Positions 41,343 to 48,959 of a DNA stretch of 64,000 bases are shown here, piece by piece. The stretch is taken from the IMG/VR virus record IMGVR_UViG_3300021255_003843, positions 41,496 to 105,495 of that record, one strand, 5' to 3'. Below the pieces are notes generated by a model. The model was given only the letters and a program-made list of their open reading frames with translations, searched no databases and was not told the origin of the DNA. Both the position numbers and the translations under genes were made by a program. The stretch comes from a virus (taxonomy: Duplodnaviria; Caudoviricetes). Positions within the stretch are counted from its first letter, which is position 1; every line of letters begins with the position of its first letter.

Positions 41343-41572
41343 GCTATGACCTGAGTACGTCGTTAAACTGCTCCGGCTTGTCTGCGCCGTAAAGACAGGC
41401 TTCTTATCCCGCAGCGCGGCTCCCCCTTTTTTCCGGCCCCATATTTTTCCCGCTTCCGCTCGCTCCGCTCCACCTCGCCTTCGGCTCGCTCCGCTCCGCT
41501 TCGCTGCTTGCGTGCGCTTCCGCGCTTGTTTCCGGATGTTGCTCTATCGTGTGATTCTGTCCGAGTTTTCCT

Positions 41573-41662
41573 GATAACTTATCTGGAAAAGTCAGGATGA
41601 GCGGCATCCTGCGATAATTTATCCATCCTTCATGTCAGGAAGAAGTTTGCAGATAAATTATC
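41573..41662. repeat. Three palindromes GATAAnTTATC at 39-40 bp spacing
   Basis: Copies at 41573, 41613 and 41652. Confidence 0.7.
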
Positions 41663-41708
41663 TGGATTTCTCAGGCAAGTCTCATGCGTCTCGCAAAATT
41701 GAGTATGG

Positions 41709-41740
41709 GCGCGCTGAGGACAGCGCGCGCCATGGTGATA
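41709..41740 (+). promoter_or_regulatory. AGGA-loop hairpin element, copy 1
   Basis: GCGCGCTG-AGGA-CAGCGCGC-GCCATGGTG. Confidence 0.7.
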
Positions 41741-41780
41741 GCTTCGTTTATCGAAATAACTTGAAGGAGGAAGCTGCGCT

Positions 41781-41942
41781 ATGGCGCTCGTGGTATTCAT
41801 AATCCTGATAACAATCATCATGCTTGGTGACATCATCGTGGATCTATTGGATCAATTCTTGTGGCCGCTCATACTGCGTCGGGACGCACTGCATGTAGAT
41901 AAGCGGAAACGTCCAAAACGCCAGAAATGGCAGTATCGTTAA
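41781..41942 (+). CDS. Small membrane peptide (53 aa) with basic tail
   Basis: Read manually: MALVVFIILITIIMLGDIIVDLLDQFLW...KRKRPKRQKWQYR; RBS AAGGAGG. Confidence 0.6.
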   Translation: MALVVFIILITIIMLGDIIVDLLDQFLWPLILRRDALHVDKRKRPKRQKWQYR

Positions 41943-42016
41943 AAACTCTACTGAATAAAAAAGCCGGACGCCCAATGAAAGGCGTCCGGCTTTCGTGAAT
42001 GAAGGAGGAAATCACT

Positions 42017-42490
42017 ATGTGCAAAATCACTGATGTTACTATTGTTACCGACGGCGCTTGCTCCGGCAATCCTGGTCCCGGAGGCTGGTGCGCTCTCATG
42101 ATCTGCGAAGGCAAGGAGCGCTCACTGCACGGCCACAAGACGCAGACCACCAACAATGAGATGGAACTCACTGCCGTGGTCCAGGGTCTTCAGGTGCTGC
42201 GCTATCCCTGCACGGTGAAGGTACTGACCGACAGCGCTTACATCGTCAACCAGATCAATGGCGGTTATCTCGAGAAGTGGGCCAGCAATGGCTGGCGCAC
42301 CTCGACGAACCAGCCGGTGCAAAACCTGCACCTGTGGCAGGACCTGCGTGCAATGCTCAATGTGCACACCGTCACCTTCGTCAAGGTGAAGGGTCACAGC
42401 GGCGATCCGCTCAACGAGAGAGCGGACCATGAAGCCTGCTGCGAGCGTGATCTTGCGAAAATCATGGCGTTCTCCGTAACGCCCGTGTAA
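42017..42490 (+). CDS. rnhA: Ribonuclease HI
   Basis: TDGACSGNPGPGGW, TTNNEMEL, TDSAY, VKGHSG..NERAD motifs. Confidence 0.95.
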   Translation: MCKITDVTIVTDGACSGNPGPGGWCALMICEGKERSLHGHKTQTTNNEMELTAVVQGLQVLRYPCTVKVLTDSAYIVNQINGGYLEKWASNGWRTSTNQPVQNLHLWQDLRAMLNVHTVTFVKVKGHSGDPLNERADHEACCERDLAKIMAFSVTPV

Positions 42491-42507
42491 TACAAGGAGG
42501 TTGTCAT

Positions 42508-42687
42508 ATGAGAAAGAACACTGGACTTATTCTCGCGATGCTGTTTATGATGTGCGTCGCTTTCGTAGCCGGTTGGCTGATCACTACGCATCATCTGGTG
42601 ATCGAGTGCGACCATCCAAAGAATACGATCTACGTGACAGACATGTTCGGCCAGGAGTGGATCTACGATTACAATTGTGTCCGCTGA
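42508..42687 (+). CDS. Small membrane-anchored protein (59 aa)
   Basis: Read manually: MRKNTGLILAMLFMMCVAFVAGW...; RBS AAGGAGG. Confidence 0.6.
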   Translation: MRKNTGLILAMLFMMCVAFVAGWLITTHHLVIECDHPKNTIYVTDMFGQEWIYDYNCVR

Positions 42688-42712
42688 TGTCACAGGTCGA
42701 ACCCGTAAAGGT

Positions 42713-42744
42713 GCGCGGCGAGGACGCCGCGCGCCATGGTGATA
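42713..42744 (+). promoter_or_regulatory. AGGA-loop hairpin element, copy 2
   Basis: GCGCGGCG-AGGA-CGCCGCGC-GCCATGGTG. Confidence 0.7.
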
Positions 42745-42778
42745 TAACGCACTTCTAATAAGTGTTGAATGAAGGAGA

Positions 42779-43117
42779 ATGAGTATGTATCAGTATAAGG
42801 TTCAGATGATCAACCACAATATGCCGTCCAGGCATTATACGCTGCAGCACAGGCTGAACACCTGGCTCGAGGCTACCGGCACGACCAAGGCAGAACTCTC
42901 CCGTGCCTGCCAGGCCTACGCTTCTCACTATCGCATGAACTTCTCTAAGACGAACATCGCTCATTATTCTGCAGGACGCTGCTGCCCGAAGACGGACACT
43001 CTCGCGATCCTGAGCCATGTCATGGGAGTCTCTGAGCAGTGGCTCACTGGCTACGGTCCGGAATCTCTGCGTGTCACCAGAACTCTGGTATCTACGACAC
43101 GCTACACCAGGGTATGA
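42779..43117 (+). CDS. XRE-family helix-turn-helix regulator
   Basis: TKAELSR...SKTNIAHYSAGRCCPKTDTLAILSHVMGVSEQWLTG. Confidence 0.8.
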   Translation: MSMYQYKVQMINHNMPSRHYTLQHRLNTWLEATGTTKAELSRACQAYASHYRMNFSKTNIAHYSAGRCCPKTDTLAILSHVMGVSEQWLTGYGPESLRVTRTLVSTTRYTRV

Positions 43118-43710
43118 CACAGATGAGAGCGTGCTGAAATATGCACGCTCTCTTTTTTCAGAATCCTGGATGAAACTCAGGCTATTCTGTACAGAAGGGT
43201 CGCGATCACTGAACGATCGGGGGACAAGCTATATAATAAATACGATGTCCCCGGATGCACGAGCTCCACTGGTAGAAAAACACCATAATGCACGAAACAT
43301 TTTGGTTAGGGAGCAATGACGTGGAATAGTTGGGAATGTAAGTGAAATCAGGGGAAATGATAGGGGAGAGAACAGTTCTTTTCCTGTTTTTCCTATTTTC
43401 TATTCCTTTTTCATGCTCAATGACCACAGCAGTGCTCCTTAATACCCCACTTTTCTATATAAGCACCAATTGTAGTTTTCTACACTGATAGAGACGGCCG
43501 TGTGTTCACGCTTCGTGAATACCCGTTGCGTATCGCTACACTGGTAGATACACACATTCCGTCTCTAACGATAGACCCATAGGGTTCCTACTAACAACAT
43601 CTAAGCGCTCCCTTTCCTCCACGCCTTTTGGATAGGCGGGGAAAGGGAGCTTATTCATGACCGTGCTTCTCTCATATTCGTTTCTAAACAACACATATGT
43701 ATCTAACATT

Positions 43711-43752
43711 ACGAAAAGGGGAGGGCTGCTGGCGCAGCCCTCCCCTTTTCGT
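43711..43752. terminator. Strong bidirectional terminator hairpin
   Basis: ACGAAAAGGGGAGGGCTGC/GCAGCCCTCCCCTTTTCGT. Confidence 0.8.
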
Positions 43753-43805
43753 GTAAATCAACGTTTTTCGTTTGCATATTCGAAGGTCCGCTTCGCGTCC
43801 CTTCT

Positions 43806-43832
43806 CATATATATCCATTCTCGAATGTAATC
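43806..43832 (-). promoter_or_regulatory. 27-bp motif (copy 3), not followed by a gene with an RBS
   Basis: GATTACATTCGAGAATGGATATATATG. Confidence 0.7.
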
Positions 43833-43930
43833 GCACCTACATACTTTATCTGATATAGTACATCGACAGATGATGTATATATATCTGGTTGAATTTTTAA
43901 CCAGATTATCCTGGACATACCTCGCCTTAA

Positions 43931-43960
43931 CCGCGCTGAGGACAGCGCGGGCCATGATGG
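43931..43960 (+). promoter_or_regulatory. AGGA-loop hairpin element, copy 3
   Basis: CCGCGCTG-AGGA-CAGCGCGG-GCCATGATG. Confidence 0.7.
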
Positions 43961-43976
43961 AACTTACGGGGACTCC

Positions 43977-44005
43977 ATTATACTGTCGCCGTGAAACCCT
44001 GTCAA
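43977..44005 (-). promoter_or_regulatory. Consensus sigma-A promoter
   Basis: TTGACA-N17-TATAAT on the minus strand, facing AGGA hairpin copy 3. Confidence 0.75.
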
Positions 44006-44076
44006 GTTAAATTTTTATTACAAATTTTCGTCGTCTTGCGCTGCAATGGACGATGTAAACCCGCCAGGAGGACCAT

Positions 44077-44331
44077 ATGGAAGAAGAGTTCAAAGAAGGA
44101 GATCTTGTCGTCATCAAACAGAGCAAACATTGCTTAGTTGAAGACATCAGACAAGAACATCGCAAAGCATTTGAGATTCTTTGCGCGACGCCGCACGCAG
44201 TGAGAGATTATAAGAAATCATCAAATCTACTTTATGTTCCGGTTCTGGAAGGCAATGCCACAATTGTCTTGAGTCCGGAATGGTTTGAGCACGCTGACGA
44301 TCCCATCGAGAACAATCCTGACCTGTACTGA
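44077..44331 (+). CDS. Small SH3/KOW-like paralog 1
   Basis: FKEGDLVVIK...PEWFEH...PDLY. Confidence 0.65.
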   Translation: MEEEFKEGDLVVIKQSKHCLVEDIRQEHRKAFEILCATPHAVRDYKKSSNLLYVPVLEGNATIVLSPEWFEHADDPIENNPDLY

Positions 44332-44366
44332 CGCCACTTCCCCGCTCCGCCGTTACGCAGACGGGG

Positions 44367-44400
44367 GCGGCCTGAGGACAGGCCGCGCCAGGATGAAGGG
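44367..44400 (+). promoter_or_regulatory. AGGA-loop hairpin element, copy 4
   Basis: GCGGCCTG-AGGA-CAGGCCGC-GCCAGGATG. Confidence 0.7.
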
Positions 44401-44453
44401 TTTGACGCCCTTCGGAAATAACAAACGTGCGGCAGAGCCGCGAGGAGGAAATT

Positions 44454-44642
44454 ATGGAGCGTGAATATTTCTTTAACCAGAGCAAAGCTTTTGATCCGAC
44501 CGCCGGCTGCGCCCTGAACCGCATCGAAGCGGAGCAGAAAAGAAAAAGGAATAAGGAAGCCTGGCTCGAGATCGCCCGCAAGATGTGTTCTAAGCCTCAG
44601 CATCTCTTTGTTCCGGTAGGTGAACTGGTTGTGAAAGCCTGA
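44454..44642 (+). CDS. Small hypothetical protein
   Basis: ATG after GAGGAGG. Confidence 0.6.
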   Translation: MEREYFFNQSKAFDPTAGCALNRIEAEQKRKRNKEAWLEIARKMCSKPQHLFVPVGELVVKA

Positions 44643-44680
44643 TCCCGCCGGGAAAAGAAGCTTGACTTCAGCAACGAAAG

Positions 44681-44714
44681 GCGGCCTGAGGACAGGCCGC
44701 GCCAGGGTGAAGGG
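44681..44714 (+). promoter_or_regulatory. AGGA-loop hairpin element, copy 5
   Basis: GCGGCCTG-AGGA-CAGGCCGC-GCCAGGGTG. Confidence 0.7.
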
Positions 44715-44886
44715 TTATACGGCCCTTGCCCGACGAATCGCAAAACAAAAGCGATTCGTCGCAAAATCAAGACTCGTTACGCGCTGCAGACAAATGCTCC
44801 GGCGCGAAACGATATATTTTGATGCGAAAAGCATCCGACAAAATGGCAGACGCCAAACGCCCACAGGGCAGAAAGAGAGAGAGAGT

Positions 44887-45306
44887 ATGAATAAGCTGTT
44901 TATCATGGGTCACCTCACCGCCGACGCTACCGTCCGCACCGTCAATGTCGCTGGCGTTCCTACGCCTGTTGCCACCTTCACCGTCGCTGCCAACTATGGA
45001 CGCCGCAACGAGAATGGTGACCGCAACGTCCAGTTCGTGCGCTGCACCGCGTGGCGTGAATTCGCCAGCAAGCTCGCGCCGTACCTGAAGAAGGGCACCC
45101 AGGTGGCCGTCGAAGGTCCGTGCCGCGTCTCCGTGTACCAGAGCAACCAGGACCGCACCTGGCGTGGTCAGCTCGAGATCCCGACGATCGAGAGCTTCGA
45201 GTTCCTGAGCGCCCAGAAGAGGGACGAAGCGGCTGAACCCGCAGAAGCGCCCGCTCCTGAGACGCCCGCTGCTCCCGCCGCCGATGACGGCTACCCCTTC
45301 GATTAA
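44887..45306 (+). CDS. ssb: Single-stranded DNA-binding protein 1
   Basis: MNKLFIMGHLTADA, ATFTVAAN, YLKKGTQVAVEG, acidic DDGYPFD tail. Confidence 0.88.
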   Translation: MNKLFIMGHLTADATVRTVNVAGVPTPVATFTVAANYGRRNENGDRNVQFVRCTAWREFASKLAPYLKKGTQVAVEGPCRVSVYQSNQDRTWRGQLEIPTIESFEFLSAQKRDEAAEPAEAPAPETPAAPAADDGYPFD

Positions 45307-45323
45307 TGAAAAGAGGAATCTGA

Positions 45324-45428
45324 ATGGATCCGTATTCTGAGTTCTGTACTGTCGAAGACGCGCTGGACTGGTTCACCGGCGAAGCGCTCTTCGAGCTTCA
45401 CGAATTCGAGGAATCCGAAAACGAATAA
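45324..45428 (+). CDS. Very acidic 34-aa peptide
   Basis: Read manually: MDPYSEFCTVEDALDWFTGEALFELHEFEESENE; RBS AAGAGG. Confidence 0.5.
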   Translation: MDPYSEFCTVEDALDWFTGEALFELHEFEESENE

Positions 45429-45459
45429 GGCGGGCTTGTCCCGCCTTTTTATGCAGCGC

Positions 45460-45628
45460 AGCCCGTCAATGTCGGACAAGCTGTACTTCCAAGAATAAGT
45501 GGTTGAAACCGACCATATTGATAGTTGCCAGGTCAAGTAACTGTTCAATGGGGACAAGCCACTTCATGGGACAACTCCTCCGCGCGCCGAGACGCCCTCC
45601 TCCTCCTGGGGCGTCTCGGCTTATTTTT
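45460..45628 (+). ncRNA. Candidate structured small RNA with C-rich loops and terminator
   Basis: Long interrupted hairpin at about 45498-45564, CTCCTCC motifs, terminator GCCGAGACGCC/GGCGTCTCGGC plus TTATTTTT. Confidence 0.4.
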
Positions 45629-45703
45629 CGTCAGCGAAGTCTTTTGAAGGCCGCCGTCTGGCCCGGACCGCAATAACTTGTATTATCGAATCGGAGGCGG
45701 AAG

Positions 45704-45994
45704 ATGACTGAACAGGCGCGTGGTTTCAAAGAAGGCGATCTGGTTGTTGTAAAGCCAGAATATGCAGATGTGATGTACGAAGCATACAAACACCTCATAT
45801 TGTACGGTACGCCTAAGTCTAAGCTTGGTAAAAACATTGCTCTCGGAGAACCCGCTATCGTTCTTCGCGTTTGGGATGACGAAATGTGGATAACCGACAA
45901 AGATGACAGAACGGGAGAATTCATTGCACCTCTAACGCAATGGTTTACGTTTTATAAAAATAAAGCAATGGATGCAATTGATCATCTCCTGTAG
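45704..45994 (+). CDS. SH3/KOW-like paralog 2
   Basis: FKEGDLVVVKPEY...IDHLL. Confidence 0.7.
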   Translation: MTEQARGFKEGDLVVVKPEYADVMYEAYKHLILYGTPKSKLGKNIALGEPAIVLRVWDDEMWITDKDDRTGEFIAPLTQWFTFYKNKAMDAIDHLL

Positions 45995-46004
45995 GAGGAT
46001 TAAA

Positions 46005-46286
46005 ATGAGTAGTTTTGAAATTGGCGACATCGTAGTCGTCAAGCCAGAATATGCCTCATCCTTCAGAAACATATACGAAGGGCATGAGAGTTTGTTCAAT
46101 AGACATAAAGTTCGCTTCGGAATCAGCGTTTCGGAAGGCGCACCAGCGCGTGTCGTGCATACCACTTATGACGGCATCGACCTGACCGATCTCGACAATA
46201 CACTCAGCCCCAACTCCTGGCTCTGCACCGAGAGAGAATGGTTTGAGCTCTATCAAGAGCGAGGACCGATCGAGCAGCTCTTGTGA
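46005..46286 (+). CDS. SH3/KOW-like paralog 3
   Basis: FEIGDIVVVKPEY...IEQLL. Confidence 0.7.
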   Translation: MSSFEIGDIVVVKPEYASSFRNIYEGHESLFNRHKVRFGISVSEGAPARVVHTTYDGIDLTDLDNTLSPNSWLCTEREWFELYQERGPIEQLL

Positions 46287-46293
46287 GGTAACT

Positions 46294-46617
46294 ATGGATT
46301 ATTTTCACGTTGGAGATATCGTCGTAGTAAAGCCTGAATATAGCGAAGAGCTGATAAGAAGCTATTCGTCTGGCTACAGCGACGCAAAATGCAAATTTGG
46401 TCGCGCTGTTGCGCGTGGCGCTCCAGCCAAGGTCGTCCACTGTCACAAAAGCGAAATTGTCAAAGTGTCAGACTACACGAAAGAGTATCTAACTTTTGGT
46501 GGCAGCAGCGGATGGCTAACAGATCTTGAGGAAACGCTGCAATGCGAGGATTATTTGCACCTAAGCAGCGCCTACTTTGACCTTTATATGCCTCCGATAC
46601 CTGATGGTCTGCTGTAG
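46294..46617 (+). CDS. SH3/KOW-like paralog 4
   Basis: FHVGDIVVVKPEY...PDGLL. Confidence 0.7.
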   Translation: MDYFHVGDIVVVKPEYSEELIRSYSSGYSDAKCKFGRAVARGAPAKVVHCHKSEIVKVSDYTKEYLTFGGSSGWLTDLEETLQCEDYLHLSSAYFDLYMPPIPDGLL

Positions 46618-46627
46618 GAGTTTTATA

Positions 46628-46870
46628 ATGTGTTATGTGCATGAAATAGAAACGTTTCACGAAGGTGAAATCGTCGAAATGACAGACCATGTGAAAAAGT
46701 TACCACGACTAAAAGAAGCCCGTATTTTACAGGATGACAAATTCCTAATAAAAGATGTAGGCGTAAACGGTATTTTAAAAATACAGAATATAAGAAACAA
46801 CGAAGATTACTATGTCAAAAACATTTCATTGCAGCACATAGTTCCTGAAGTTGAAACATGTCTTCTGTAG
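46628..46870 (+). CDS. SH3/KOW-like paralog 5
   Basis: FHEGEIVEM...ETCLL. Confidence 0.65.
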   Translation: MCYVHEIETFHEGEIVEMTDHVKKLPRLKEARILQDDKFLIKDVGVNGILKIQNIRNNEDYYVKNISLQHIVPEVETCLL

Positions 46871-47183
46871 GAGCGCCCATGCCAACATCAGTGTATCAGC
46901 CGGACCAGTTTGTCGTCGCGCTGCTGTAATTATTGCGTGCCCCTTTGATCATCACCCGTGCAAATCGGGCAGGGGCTATACTCAACCTCCTTTCTGGACG
47001 CTGGCAAGCCGTCCAATGAAGCTTGCCAACAGGTTTGCGGTACTCGCCTGCCCTAATATAAAAAACCGTTGTGAGTAGACAGTCATGGCAGTGTGTCTGC
47101 AAGTCCCGGGAGTCCTCCAAGTGCAGGTAAATGCATAGCCTCGAACTCCCGGGGCGGACGTTCTATTTTGAAAGGAGACGCTC

Positions 47184-47639
47184 ATGCTGAGATTTGTCAA
47201 AGGTGATTTGCTTGAAGCAAAAGAAGATTTCATCTGCCATCAGGTCAACTGCATGAGCGCAATGGGCTCAGGCATTGCTAACCAGATCGCGGACAAATGG
47301 CCTCAAGTAAAAACACTGTATTTATCAAAATGCCAGATGTTTGATGACAGAAGACTTCTGTTGGGCAAAGTTCAGTCTATAAAAATCGATGAACATCAAT
47401 ACGTACTGAATATTTTCAGCCAGTATACTTATGGCAGCGACAAAAATACGGTCTATACAAACTATCCAGCTTTGCAGAAAGCGTTGTATCTGGCTCGTTT
47501 GCCTGATAAAAGCTATGCTTTTCCGTACCACTTTGGATGCGGCTTAGCGAACGGCGACTGGACAACTGTTCGTTCGCTAATTGAGAAAATACTGGCCTAT
47601 GACCACGAAGTTGTTATTTACAAGAGGTACGCCACATGA
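47184..47639 (+). CDS. Macrodomain protein (Poa1p/DarG-like ADP-ribose hydrolase)
   Basis: KGDLL, HQVNCMSAMGSGIA, AFPYHFGCGLANGDW. Confidence 0.88.
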   Translation: MLRFVKGDLLEAKEDFICHQVNCMSAMGSGIANQIADKWPQVKTLYLSKCQMFDDRRLLLGKVQSIKIDEHQYVLNIFSQYTYGSDKNTVYTNYPALQKALYLARLPDKSYAFPYHFGCGLANGDWTTVRSLIEKILAYDHEVVIYKRYAT

Positions 47640-47905
47640 AAGGAAACGCTAAGCTATACAAACCAGGCGACGAAGTGTTCGTCTCCGACGATATTATGTA
47701 TATGAATACCAGTGACGGCGTAGGCATTGCAGAAGCGATGAAAACAATGGCCGGCCAACGTCTGACAATCAAAGCTATTTCCGATGGATATCCGAAGTGT
47801 GGCTTGTGTTATATCGTAAAAGAAAATACTTTCTTATGGCAGGATGAAATGTTGGAGCCCATTAGCAACATTGACATGACCGCCATGGACAGCCTGCTTT
47901 TATGA
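47636..47905 (+). CDS. SH3/KOW-like paralog 6
   Basis: YKPGDEVFV...WQDEMLEP...DSLLL. Confidence 0.7.
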   Translation: MKGNAKLYKPGDEVFVSDDIMYMNTSDGVGIAEAMKTMAGQRLTIKAISDGYPKCGLCYIVKENTFLWQDEMLEPISNIDMTAMDSLLL

Positions 47906-47915
47906 GGTAATAACT

Positions 47916-48197
47916 ATGTTTCAAGAAGGAGATCTCGTCGTAGCGAAAAACCCGGCAAGAATGCGAGAAACATATAAAGATTGGGCCAAACGATACCCGG
48001 ATGAACGCATCAAGTATGAACTCGGGCTGAAATTTGCTGACGGTGCGCCTCTTGAAATTATCAGGATGAGAGGAGCCACCGGCGTAGTTCTCGGCCCAGT
48101 TGGTTCGTCATGCACAGACAACGACAAAACGCTCTGGCTCAACTCAGGCGATCTTGCGCTTTGCGACGACATGCAGCCTGTGTCTGATTTATTGTGA
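47916..48197 (+). CDS. SH3/KOW-like paralog 7
   Basis: FQEGDLVVAK...VSDLL. Confidence 0.7.
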   Translation: MFQEGDLVVAKNPARMRETYKDWAKRYPDERIKYELGLKFADGAPLEIIRMRGATGVVLGPVGSSCTDNDKTLWLNSGDLALCDDMQPVSDLL

Positions 48198-48204
48198 GGT
48201 AGCT

Positions 48205-48414
48205 ATGTTTCGAGTAGGCGATATAGCAATAGCCAATGAACGCGCCAAAGGCGTTTATTCAATAACCAAGCCAGGCTGGATCGGCACAGTTATCAGGGTT
48301 TATCCTGGTTTCATTACAGTAGCCGGAAAAGAAGGCAATTTCACTGTATGTTCGGAACACTTCGATCTTTATAAGGATCCTCTTGATATCAAAGACATCT
48401 CGCGGTTGATATGA
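48205..48414 (+). CDS. SH3/KOW-like paralog 8
   Basis: FRVGDIAIA...YSITKPGWIGTV...SRLI. Confidence 0.7.
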   Translation: MFRVGDIAIANERAKGVYSITKPGWIGTVIRVYPGFITVAGKEGNFTVCSEHFDLYKDPLDIKDISRLI

Positions 48415-48422
48415 CCGCATAT

Positions 48423-48495
48423 GGCCTCTTAGCTCAGCCGGTAGAGCAGCTGACTGTTAATCAGCCGGTCGCGCGTTCAAATCGCGCAGAGGCCT
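48423..48495 (+). tRNA. tRNA-Asn (GTT)
   Basis: GGCCTCT/AGAGGCC acceptor, GCTGA-CTGTTAA-TCAGC anticodon arm, GTTCAAAT T-loop; no encoded CCA. Confidence 0.88.
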
Positions 48496-48667
48496 CGTCG
48501 GGACGATCTGCCGGAAAATGGCGCAGATCACGCGCAACGCTGTTGGAACAGAAGGCTTGGGTTGCGCAACTTGTCAGCAAAAGAAATATCTATAGTTTTT
48601 AGCCATTTCCATGCCTTGCTTACAGCTGACAGCCCTGCCGCTGGGGTCATAATACAGCGGATTTTAT

Positions 48668-48860
48668 GGAGACTTAGCTCAACTGGGAGAGCGCCAGCGT
48701 TGCTCAGCGTAGGTCAGATGTATAGTCAGGAACTGACCAAAGCGTTTCGGCTCGGCAATATAACTCACCCCGTGATATTAAACGTTGCCATATTTTGTTG
48801 AGGACAGAATAAGCGGATGCACGCAAGAGGTCGGCGATTCGAACCCGCCAGTCTCCACCA
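48668..48860 (+). ncRNA. tRNA-like RNA (193 nt) with ~117-nt structured insert in the anticodon arm
   Basis: GGAGACT/AGTCTCC-ACCA acceptor, AGCTCAACTGGGAGAGC D-arm, TTCGAAC T-loop; Ala-like TGCACGCAAGAGGTC on the 3' side. Confidence 0.7.
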
Positions 48861-48959
48861 GGTGCTGCCTTACAGGGGGCAGTATGCCGGAGTCATGACC
48901 GGCACTTCTGTACGTCGTTTTGGCACCGGTTTGGGCGCTATAATCTAACTGGTGCACGT

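Noticed and set aside
43758-43955. 65-aa minus-strand ORF under the consensus sigma-A promoter
   Set aside because: No RBS, and it runs through two regulatory motifs; more likely non-coding.
41709-44714. AGGA hairpins as CRISPR repeats or terminators
   Set aside because: Irregular spacing of hundreds of bp with genes between, no cas genes, no U-tract.
46939-46980. tRNA-like minihelix GCCCCT...CCCG-TGCAAAT-CGGG-CAGGGGC
   Set aside because: No D or anticodon arm and imperfect stems; cannot be supported as a tRNA.
48668-48860. tmRNA or ordinary tRNA-Ala
   Set aside because: No G3:U70 pair, full D-stem present, only 193 nt, no convincing tag frame; anticodon stem is broken.
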